64,000 nt of DNA, taken from positions 1 to 64,000 of the IMG/VR virus record IMGVR_UViG_3300013108_000622, one strand, 5' to 3'. This stretch comes from a virus. Made by a program: the position numbers and the translations under genes. The stretch's first letter is position 1, and each line of letters begins with the position of its first letter. Below are positions 18,290-26,229 of this stretch, one piece after another. The notes under the pieces were generated by a model. The model was not told the DNA's origin. It saw only the letters and a program-made list of their open reading frames with translations, and searched no databases.

Positions 18290-19567
18290 ATGTCAGTACC
18301 TATTTTAACGCCATCACAAACAACAAGCATTGTGGCCCTTCCTGCGACCGGAACACATTCTCAAGTTCATAACGGCTCCTTACCTTACGGAATATACCTA
18401 AACTCAACTGAATTTATTTCTGGTGCAGTGGATCAAGTATCCTTTACCTATAAAATGTTGGGTGGAGATGTTCTTGACATTGAATTAAGCTCCTCAAATG
18501 TTTATAGCTCTTATGAGTTAGCAGTTCTAGAATATTCATATATTGTTAACAATCATCAAGCGAAGAATGTCTTATCTAGTTTTTTAGGAGCAACCACAGG
18601 AACCTTTGATCAAGATGGAACTTTGCAGGACGGCATACTATCTTCTAGTTTAAGTGGTTCTTATGCCTCTTTAAAGTTACCCAAATTCACATTTGAATAC
18701 TCAAAGAAGGTTTCAGAAGGGCTTGCGGCAGAGGCTGCTCTGGGCGGAATAAGAATCTATTCCTCCTCTGTTGATTTACAAGATAACATTCAGGATTACG
18801 ATCTTCAACATATTGTCCAATCCGCATCATTAGATTCAGGATTCGACTATAGTGGCAAAGTTAATAACAAAAGAATAGCTATTCGAAGAGTGTATTATCG
18901 TTCACCCAATACGATGTGGCGATTTTATGGTTATTATGGCGGCTTGAATGTCGTAGGAAACTTATACACTTATGGTCAATATTCAGACGACTCAACTTTC
19001 GAAATTGTTCCAGCGTGGCAAAACAAGTTGCAAGCCATGGCATTTGAAACAAGTCTTTATACCAGAGCTTCACATTATTCTTATGAAATAAGAGATAATA
19101 GAATGAGGGTTTATCCACCCCCTTCACTTCCTGGGACAGGTTCACCACGAAAAATTTGGTTCGAATTTTCAATCCCTGAAGATTCCTGGCAATCTGATAA
19201 AACTTTAAAAGATGGGACAGATGGTGTAAACAATTATAACACACTACCTTTTGCAAATATTCCATATGCAAACATTAATAGCATGGGTAAGCAGTGGATC
19301 CGTAAATATGCCCTGGCAATCTCTAAAGAGATGCTCTCACAGGTAAGAGGAAAATTCGGAGCAGTACCAATCCCAGGAAATAGCGTAACTCTGAATTCTA
19401 CTGAGCTGGCAGCACAAGCAAAAGAAGAGCAGAATAATTTAAAAGAAGAATTAAAAACATTGTTGGATGACCTAACTTACGACACCTTGGTGGAAAAAGA
19501 CGCTAAAATGTCTGAAGATGCAAATAGAATTAATGTTGTAATACCGATGGGCGTATATATAGGATAA
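18290..19567 (+). CDS. Neck/head-tail adaptor protein (gp13-like)
   Basis: LGGDVLDIEL near the N-terminus and WIRKYALAISKEML..VRGKF..PG..VTLN near the C-terminus; position after the MCP. Confidence 0.75.
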   Translation: MSVPILTPSQTTSIVALPATGTHSQVHNGSLPYGIYLNSTEFISGAVDQVSFTYKMLGGDVLDIELSSSNVYSSYELAVLEYSYIVNNHQAKNVLSSFLGATTGTFDQDGTLQDGILSSSLSGSYASLKLPKFTFEYSKKVSEGLAAEAALGGIRIYSSSVDLQDNIQDYDLQHIVQSASLDSGFDYSGKVNNKRIAIRRVYYRSPNTMWRFYGYYGGLNVVGNLYTYGQYSDDSTFEIVPAWQNKLQAMAFETSLYTRASHYSYEIRDNRMRVYPPPSLPGTGSPRKIWFEFSIPEDSWQSDKTLKDGTDGVNNYNTLPFANIPYANINSMGKQWIRKYALAISKEMLSQVRGKFGAVPIPGNSVTLNSTELAAQAKEEQNNLKEELKTLLDDLTYDTLVEKDAKMSEDANRINVVIPMGVYIG

Positions 19568-19580
19568 GGGGGTATGTAGA

Positions 19581-20075
19581 ATGTCAGATGATGACAACAA
19601 GTGGAACAGGCCAACAAACCCACCAGCGCCTCTCTTTTTTAATAAAAAAGAAAGAGATTTGGTCAAACAAGTTAATGATGAGTTAATTGAGCGAGTTTTA
19701 GGGCAAACGATTCTTTACTATCCGATTAGTAATACTCATACTGAGTTTCACCCATTATATGGTGAAGCAATCGAAAAAAACTTTTTACCTCCGATTAGAG
19801 TGTATGTGTTGGTAGATTGGAACGGAACCGACACAACAGCAACTAGCTATGGGATTGATAGAATGTATAATTTAACCTGTCATTTCCACAAACGCAGATT
19901 AACTGAGGATCAGGATTTGTTTGTTCGTGAAGGAGACTTTATTTTATATGGAGGCGATTATTATGAGATTCTCTCAACTTCCGAAACTACACAAATCTTT
20001 GGTCAAGTAGACAACCAGTTAGAGATATCTGCAAAATGTACAAGAGCAAGACAAGGGCTTTTTGATGGGACATAA
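19581..20075 (+). CDS. Neck/head-closure protein (gp14-like)
   Basis: ELIE..GQ.I.YY, HPLYGE and REGDFI; synteny. Confidence 0.65.
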   Translation: MSDDDNKWNRPTNPPAPLFFNKKERDLVKQVNDELIERVLGQTILYYPISNTHTEFHPLYGEAIEKNFLPPIRVYVLVDWNGTDTTATSYGIDRMYNLTCHFHKRRLTEDQDLFVREGDFILYGGDYYEILSTSETTQIFGQVDNQLEISAKCTRARQGLFDGT

Positions 20076-20077
20076 AA

Positions 20078-21064
20078 ATGAGCAAAGAAGACGAAGTTAA
20101 AGAGATGCTCGCCGAGCGCCGCAAAGCTGGTAAGAAAGCACGTAAAAATAAAGAAACTGGATTACCTTCCAAAATACCCGGCGAATCTTTAGAGCCTGAC
20201 AAAGATTTAAAAGTTATGGAACAAATTGTGGGTTTTGAGCCATCAACTTTTGAAACTATGGACTATGCAATGTTCGAGTGGTTGAATAATGAGGTTAACG
20301 TATTTTGTACCACCAACAAGGGTTGGAAAAAGACCCCTATCGTATGGGTGGCCGGAGAACGCTCTTGGCAGGTTAAAAACCACAAAGATTTAAGAGATTC
20401 TGACGGTGCTTTGATATTTCCTATCATAACCCTAGAGCGTGGCCCGTTCTCAAAAGATCTTCAAAAAAAGGGTGCTTTTTACGGCAATATATTTCCCGTC
20501 AAAGACAAACAGGGCGGCTCAATAACGGTGGCAAGAAAGTTATATCAAGATAAAACTTCGAACTTTGCCAATGCTGATGCAAGACGCCGCAGTACACAAC
20601 CAGACGATCCTAGTACCGCAAACTTAATTCGTGGTCCACTGACAAATAATAAAAAGGTAGTATATCAGACAATTTCAATCCCAATGCCATCTTATGTTGA
20701 TGTAACTTATAATATAAGCATCAGAACAGAATATCAACAACAGATGAACGAAGCAACTCAGCCATTTGCGACTTATACTGGCGGAATAAACTATTTTACA
20801 GTAACAAGGGACGGGCATACATACGAAGCTTTCATTCAGTCAAACTTTGATAGCACTAACGATGTAAACGATATGAAAGATGAGACAAGAATATATGAAA
20901 CAAAAATACAAGTAAAACTATTAGGATATTTGGTGGGTGCTGACAAGAACAGTAAACAACCACATATAGCTGTTAGAGAAAATGCAGTCGAGGTTAAGGT
21001 GCCTCGGGAACATGTTATTGTTGGGGATAAAAACCCTTGGAAGGGTGGAAAGTACCGTCCCTAA
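20078..21064 (+). CDS. Tail completion/sheath terminator protein (gp15-like)
   Basis: FPIITLER and P.YVDVTY.ISIRT...QMNE; position before the sheath gene. Confidence 0.6.
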   Translation: MSKEDEVKEMLAERRKAGKKARKNKETGLPSKIPGESLEPDKDLKVMEQIVGFEPSTFETMDYAMFEWLNNEVNVFCTTNKGWKKTPIVWVAGERSWQVKNHKDLRDSDGALIFPIITLERGPFSKDLQKKGAFYGNIFPVKDKQGGSITVARKLYQDKTSNFANADARRRSTQPDDPSTANLIRGPLTNNKKVVYQTISIPMPSYVDVTYNISIRTEYQQQMNEATQPFATYTGGINYFTVTRDGHTYEAFIQSNFDSTNDVNDMKDETRIYETKIQVKLLGYLVGADKNSKQPHIAVRENAVEVKVPREHVIVGDKNPWKGGKYRP

Positions 21065-21094
21065 AGTTTCATTAGGCTTTTTGGCCTATAAGAT

Positions 21095-21102
21095 ACTATT
21101 TA
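21095..21102 (+). promoter_or_regulatory. Putative late promoter motif ACTATTTA (sheath)
   Basis: Recurrent intergenic motif. Confidence 0.6.
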
Positions 21103-21138
21103 TTAATGACTTTAAAGACCTTTGAGGAGAACACACAA

Positions 21139-24075
21139 ATGCCAGCAAATAAATTTAGATTTATATCACCAGGTATTCAATTTCGCGAAATTGATGAATC
21201 AACAATACAAGAAACCCAAGGACCAATCGGCCCTGTTATTATCGGAAGATCGCAAAAAGGCCCAGGACTTGTTCCAACAAGGGTTGAAGACTATGACGAA
21301 TTCGTAAGACTTTTTGGAGAACCACAACCAGGAACGGTATCAGGTGATATTTGGCGAAATGGTGGAGAGGGCCTCGCACCAACATATGGTGCTTATGCTG
21401 CTCAAGCATACCTAGAAAACAGCAATGGCTTAACTTTTGTTCGACTATTGGGAAGAGAGAATAAATACTCAACTACTGCCGGTAAAGCAGGTTGGTCCGT
21501 AGGATCAGGCTTCACGGGTAATGCTGGTGCAAAAGGCGGCGCATATGGACTCTTTCTAGTAGAGTCTGGCTCTACAAACGGCTCACAACAGGGCACATCC
21601 GTAAATACAACTGGTACACTCGCCGCCGTTTGGTATATGCAAGATGTGACCGCTGCTGCTTGGTTAAGACTATCCGGCGCACACGGTGGTACAAACCTCT
21701 CACCGACTGGTGCAAACGCCACCACACTTCTTAACGAAGAAGACAGCACATACACAATCGAGTATGTCGAAGCGGGCGTAGTACAAAGAAAATATAACTT
21801 CGATTTTGATGAAGATAGTGGTAATTTTGCTAGAAAAGTTTTCAACACAAACCCAACGAAACTTAATTCTACATATTATGAAAATTCTGAAAACTTTTTT
21901 CTCGGAGAAACATTTGAAAGAAATGTAGCAGAAAAAGGATTGTCCGCACCAAGCTCCAAACACACTGTTTGGGGAGTGATGTTGGGCCTCCAGAACTCGT
22001 CTAATAAATATAACAATAACAAATCTTCCGCAGGCCCAGCTTCAACAAACTGGATTGTTTGCCAGGATCAGGGTGCATCTGGAAGTTTTGAACCATCGAA
22101 ACTTACAAAACTCTTTAGGTTTAAATCTAGAGAGTTGGGAGACCATGCACAAAGAAACATAAAAATTTCTTTTGATGATATCCGTTACTCCCCAGATCCA
22201 GATTACAAATATGGCTCTTTTACCGTCCTTGTACGTGACATTAGAGATAGTGATAACTTTCCAAATGTTTTAGAGAGTTTTACAAATTGTAATTTAGATC
22301 CTGAGTCAACAAATTATGTTGCAAACAGGATTGGTAATGCTTTCTCAAGATGGGATGATGACGACAAGAGATATCGCTACTATGGAGAGTATCCAAACCG
22401 TTCTCAATATATCACAATTGAGATGGCCGAAGATGTAGCTCTAGGTGCAGTTGCCCCAGAACTCTTGCCATTCGGCTATTTCGGTCCTCTACGACCTGTA
22501 TCGTTTGGTGTAGCATCTGGTTCTATTTCACCTCTCAAACCTTGGATTGGGATGAGCGTTGGAAACAGCGACAATGCCAACACATCAGCAATGGTGTCAA
22601 ACGCCTTGCCGGACACCTATGGTGGAATTAACTTTGTCTCTGGTGGACATGCCTTCGTGGGTGCTTTTGATTTCCCACGCTCTTATGTAAGACCAAACTC
22701 TACGATTGGAAATCTATCATCTAGAAATGATTGTTTTTGGGGTCTTGACACTTCAAGATCTGGCTCAAGTATTCGTTACTCTGAAGCTGTTGTAGACACA
22801 CTAAGGGGTCTGCCAGACAATTATCGTTTGGGGGAAGATGGACCAACTCTGAGCCCGTCATCTGACGTGTCAGATTATCAATACATCTTCACCCTAGATG
22901 ATGTAAGTCTTTACAGCTCCACAGACCATACAATTGGAAGCACATCTTCAGTAGATGCGTTTTACTTGTCGGGCTCTAGAAAAGTCGGATATTCAGTATC
23001 TTCTACCGGATCCAATACTTACAAAAATACACTTGATGACGGATATAATAAGTTTACAGTGCCGATGTTTGGTGGGTTTAACGGCCTTGATATTACCGAG
23101 GTTGAACCTTTTAACAATAACTCAATTGGTTCGAACGCACAAGATTCGTATGAGTATAACTCAATTATGAATGCGATTGATTCCGTAGCAGACCCAGAAT
23201 CCGTAGATATGAACATCTTAAGCGTTCCAGGTGTTACAACCACTGGCTTGACTGATAGGGTTCTTGATGTAACAAGAGAGCGTGGTGATTCCTTGGGTGT
23301 TATTGATATTGTTGGTGGGTTCAAACCAAAGGCCGACCGCGCTGCGGCAACAACAAAAGATTATGACGCATCTGCTCGCGGAAGTGTTGACACAACTGTG
23401 TCAAATATGAAGACACGACAAATCAATAATAGTTACGGAGCCGCTTATTATCCGTACATTAAAATTAGAGATTCTAAATCTGGACGAGCATTCTTCGCGC
23501 CACCATCAATCGCGGCAATCGGAACATACTCTTTCTCGCAAACTTTGTCAGATGTCTGGTTCGCACCAGCTGGCTTTGTTCGCGGCGGTCTCTCTGACGG
23601 CGCAGCCGGTATTCCAGTAGTTGGAGTATCTGAGCGACTAAGCGCAAAAGAGCGTGATAAGTTGTATGAAGTTAATATTAACCCAATCGCATCGTTCCCA
23701 TCAGAGGGTATCGTTGTCTTCGGCCAAAAAACACTTCAAGCGACACCAAGTGCATTGGATAGAGTAAATGTTAGAAGATTGTTGATTTATCTGAAGAAGG
23801 GTATTTCACTAATCTCCTCAACCATCTTATTCGATCCAAATATGGCAGTAACATGGGACAGATTCAAGTCAGCAGTTGATCCATTCCTTGGAAATGTTAA
23901 ATCAAGATTGGGGTTGATGGATTACAAGATTGTTCTTGACGAAACAACTACAACACCCGACTTAATTGACAGGAACATTATGTATGCCAAAATTTTCATT
24001 AAGCCAGCACGAGCAATAGAATACATTGCAATCGACTTCGTTGTTACCAACTCTGGAGCATCTTTTGCGGACTAA
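21139..24075 (+). CDS. Contractile tail sheath protein (gp18-like)
   Basis: FISPGIQFREID, WFAPAGFVRG, INPI..F, GQKTLQ and LDRVNVRRLL; start at ATG 21139 with SD GAGGAG. Confidence 0.95.
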   Translation: MPANKFRFISPGIQFREIDESTIQETQGPIGPVIIGRSQKGPGLVPTRVEDYDEFVRLFGEPQPGTVSGDIWRNGGEGLAPTYGAYAAQAYLENSNGLTFVRLLGRENKYSTTAGKAGWSVGSGFTGNAGAKGGAYGLFLVESGSTNGSQQGTSVNTTGTLAAVWYMQDVTAAAWLRLSGAHGGTNLSPTGANATTLLNEEDSTYTIEYVEAGVVQRKYNFDFDEDSGNFARKVFNTNPTKLNSTYYENSENFFLGETFERNVAEKGLSAPSSKHTVWGVMLGLQNSSNKYNNNKSSAGPASTNWIVCQDQGASGSFEPSKLTKLFRFKSRELGDHAQRNIKISFDDIRYSPDPDYKYGSFTVLVRDIRDSDNFPNVLESFTNCNLDPESTNYVANRIGNAFSRWDDDDKRYRYYGEYPNRSQYITIEMAEDVALGAVAPELLPFGYFGPLRPVSFGVASGSISPLKPWIGMSVGNSDNANTSAMVSNALPDTYGGINFVSGGHAFVGAFDFPRSYVRPNSTIGNLSSRNDCFWGLDTSRSGSSIRYSEAVVDTLRGLPDNYRLGEDGPTLSPSSDVSDYQYIFTLDDVSLYSSTDHTIGSTSSVDAFYLSGSRKVGYSVSSTGSNTYKNTLDDGYNKFTVPMFGGFNGLDITEVEPFNNNSIGSNAQDSYEYNSIMNAIDSVADPESVDMNILSVPGVTTTGLTDRVLDVTRERGDSLGVIDIVGGFKPKADRAAATTKDYDASARGSVDTTVSNMKTRQINNSYGAAYYPYIKIRDSKSGRAFFAPPSIAAIGTYSFSQTLSDVWFAPAGFVRGGLSDGAAGIPVVGVSERLSAKERDKLYEVNINPIASFPSEGIVVFGQKTLQATPSALDRVNVRRLLIYLKKGISLISSTILFDPNMAVTWDRFKSAVDPFLGNVKSRLGLMDYKIVLDETTTTPDLIDRNIMYAKIFIKPARAIEYIAIDFVVTNSGASFAD

Positions 24076-24088
24076 ATTGAAATGAATA

Positions 24089-24096
24089 ACTACTTA
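24089..24096 (+). promoter_or_regulatory. Putative late promoter motif ACTACTTA (tube)
   Basis: Recurrent intergenic motif. Confidence 0.55.
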
Positions 24097-24118
24097 ATTA
24101 AAGAAGAGGACATATAAC

Positions 24119-24682
24119 ATGGCAGCATTTTGGACAGACACAACAGTAGAACCGAAAAGGAATTTTAAGTTTATCTTAAGCATCCCCGGTGGAACAGTCC
24201 CAGGAGGAATTCAAGAATTTTTAGTTCAAAAAGTGAGCAAACCTTCGATTGAAACCACTGCGACTGAGCATACATTTTTGAATCATTATTTTTATTTTCC
24301 AGGCAAGAGTAAATGGTCAACAGTTCAAGCGACTTGCGTTGATTTAGTTCGACCTGCAAACGGAAATATGACTGCTACTATTATGAATATGATTGAGGCT
24401 TCCGGCTATTCTCGCCCAACTGCGATTGATTCTCAAAATCCAGCGAGTTTAAATACAATGTCAAAAGCGGGAGCGACCGCTGCGTTGGGGACTGTTAAAA
24501 TCAAAACACTTGATTCTAAAGGCCAAACAGTTGAAGAATGGGTGTTGCATAACACTTTCGTTCAAAAAGCAGAGTGGAGCGAACTTGATTACGGTAATGA
24601 AGAACTGTCAACTTGCACACTAACACTTCAATACGATTTTGCCCACTTGGAAGTTGGTGGCACTGAAATTCCACGTAGTTAA
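24119..24682 (+). CDS. Tail tube protein (gp19-like)
   Basis: EPKRNFKF, YFPGKSKW, VEEWVL, ELDY and LTLQYD; follows the sheath gene. Confidence 0.88.
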   Translation: MAAFWTDTTVEPKRNFKFILSIPGGTVPGGIQEFLVQKVSKPSIETTATEHTFLNHYFYFPGKSKWSTVQATCVDLVRPANGNMTATIMNMIEASGYSRPTAIDSQNPASLNTMSKAGATAALGTVKIKTLDSKGQTVEEWVLHNTFVQKAEWSELDYGNEELSTCTLTLQYDFAHLEVGGTEIPRS

Positions 24683-24742
24683 TTAAACAACGTAGATATT
24701 TATGTTATAATAAGATTATCTTTATATAGATAAGAGGTATCG

Positions 24743-25570
24743 ATGCCAAGAAATAATAAGGACCGAATGGGGGTTCAAGACGAAAACCCACCTTTGGTCG
24801 CAGAAACGAATTCAATTTTAAATTTTGTAGTTCCTACTGAATTTGTAGAATTACCAACAAAGGGTCTATTTTATCCCCCGGAACATCCATTACATAATGT
24901 CGAAAGTGTTGAAATCAAACACATGACAGCGAAAGAGACAGATATTTTATCTTCAAAAACACTTCTTAAAAAAGGTGTTGCAATTGATAGAATGCTTCAA
25001 AGTATTATTGTAGATAGTTCCATCCAAGTAGATGATCTTTACACTGGAGATAAGAATGCACTCATCATAGCCGCAAGAACAAGCGGTTTTGGTGAAGAAT
25101 ACAGTGCTTCAATAACTTGTACAAACTGCTCAACAGTTTTTGAGCAAGAATTTAACCTTACAGAAGTAAGTGTTAAGCAAGTAGAGGACGATATAAAGTT
25201 TACAGATACGGGGACATTCTTCATTGAACTCCCACAAACCAAAGTAAATGTGGAGTGTAAGCTTCTCACCACTGAAGATGAGAAGCGATTGCTTGCATTA
25301 CTGGAGAAGAGACAGAAGTTAAAACTTCCAGAATCTTCTTTGACAGATCAATATAAATCATTTATAGTTTCGCTAAATGGCGTTACTGAAAGGAGTACGG
25401 TAGAAGAGTTTATTGACTTGATGCCAGCTCGCGATGCAAATTACTTGAGAAAAGAGTATGATAGAGCAAGACCAGATGTGGACTTAACCCACGTTTGTGA
25501 TTGTGATAATTGTGGCGCGACTGTTCAAGTAAATATTCCTTTTACCGCCAACTTTTTTTGGCCTCAGTAG
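24743..25570 (+). CDS. Tail/baseplate hub assembly chaperone (T4 gp26-like)
   Basis: VELPTKGLFYP, MTAKETDIL, two CxxC pairs and C-terminal FFWP; lies between the tube and tape measure genes. Confidence 0.8.
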   Translation: MPRNNKDRMGVQDENPPLVAETNSILNFVVPTEFVELPTKGLFYPPEHPLHNVESVEIKHMTAKETDILSSKTLLKKGVAIDRMLQSIIVDSSIQVDDLYTGDKNALIIAARTSGFGEEYSASITCTNCSTVFEQEFNLTEVSVKQVEDDIKFTDTGTFFIELPQTKVNVECKLLTTEDEKRLLALLEKRQKLKLPESSLTDQYKSFIVSLNGVTERSTVEEFIDLMPARDANYLRKEYDRARPDVDLTHVCDCDNCGATVQVNIPFTANFFWPQ

Positions 25571-25742
25571 TAAATATGCTGAGTCTGTTTATGAGGAAAT
25601 ATTTTATCTTAAACAATATGGTGGGTGGAGCTTTCTAGAAGCCTATAATTTGCCAATACGTATCCGACAATGGTGGTTGCGGAGACTTATTAAGCAGTTA
25701 GAGCAGGAACAGGAAGCAGTGAAAAATGCTCATAAAAAGTAA
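25554..25742 (+). CDS. Frameshift-accessed C-terminal extension of the chaperone (FFGLSSKYAESVYEEIFYLKQYGGWSFLEAYNLPIRIRQWWLRRLIKQLEQEQEAVKNAHKK), gp51/GT-like
   Basis: Open in the +1 frame from 25533 to TAA 25740-42, with no ATG/GTG/TTG before the protein-like core; overlaps the T7 run at 25553-25559. Confidence 0.7.
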   Translation, partial: FFGLSSKYAESVYEEIFYLKQYGGWSFLEAYNLPIRIRQWWLRRLIKQLEQEQEAVKNAHKK

Positions 25743-25748
25743 AAGATT

Positions 25749-25828
25749 GGAGTGGTGGCCGATTGGAAGGTGGTAGTTTTTTAAATTATTGAGCGAAAGC
25801 TTTGGGGGTTCGATTCCTTCACACTCCG
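25749..25828 (+). tRNA. Type II (long variable arm, Ser-like) tRNA or pseudo-tRNA with anticodon UUU
   Basis: Acceptor GGAGTG/CACTCC, D arm GCC-GATTGGAA-GGT, anticodon arm GTAGT-TTTTTAA-ATTAT, variable arm GAGC-GAAA-GCTT, T arm GGGGG-TTCGATT-CCTTC, G73; no encoded CCA. Confidence 0.7.
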
Positions 25829-25837
25829 TTTTTTTTC

Positions 25838-25865
25838 AAACCCCTTTATGGGGTTTTTTATTTTA
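25838..25865 (+). terminator. Rho-independent terminator after the tRNA-like element
   Basis: AAACCCC-TTTAT-GGGGTTT followed by a T tract. Confidence 0.7.
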
Positions 25866-25872
25866 ATTAATA

Positions 25873-25880
25873 ACTATTTA
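25873..25880 (+). promoter_or_regulatory. Putative late promoter motif ACTATTTA (tape measure operon)
   Basis: Immediately after the terminator, as at 18263. Confidence 0.6.
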
Positions 25881-25911
25881 CTTTAAATAATGTAAGTGGA
25901 GATACCATATC

Positions 25912-26223
25912 ATGTCCGAAGAAACTCTTGAATTAAATTTAAACTCAAAAACCAATATAGAAGAAGATTTATCAGTAAACCTTGATAAGGCAAATACAAT
26001 CAAAGAGGTTGTAAAAGGTGCGCTAGGCTTTTCATCCAAACCTGTGTCCATAAAGGGCACCCAAGACCAGGTTGAGTCCTTAAAAGAGCTGTTGTTTGTG
26101 GAAAAACAGTTGATTGAATCAGATGGTCTATCCACAGAACAGATAGAAGAAATAAAACAACTTTTAGAAGAAAAAGTGAGCAAATTTCAAGAACAAACAG
26201 AGATAGAGTGGCCTCTTAGGTAA
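25912..26223 (+). CDS. Hypothetical protein preceding the tape measure gene
   Basis: SD GGAG; C-terminal FQEQTEIEWPLR. Confidence 0.7.
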   Translation: MSEETLELNLNSKTNIEEDLSVNLDKANTIKEVVKGALGFSSKPVSIKGTQDQVESLKELLFVEKQLIESDGLSTEQIEEIKQLLEEKVSKFQEQTEIEWPLR

Positions 26224-26229
26224 ACTTAG

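Noticed and set aside
25772-25790. Reading the tRNA anticodon as UUA (ochre suppressor)
   Set aside because: Shifting the loop by one base destroys the anticodon stem pairing; only the UUU register gives a 5-bp stem with a 7-nt loop.
25553-25828. The adjacent tRNA directly causing the frameshift
   Set aside because: The slippery codons are UUU (Phe, read by anticodon GAA); a UUU anticodon reads AAA, so there is no direct decoding link.
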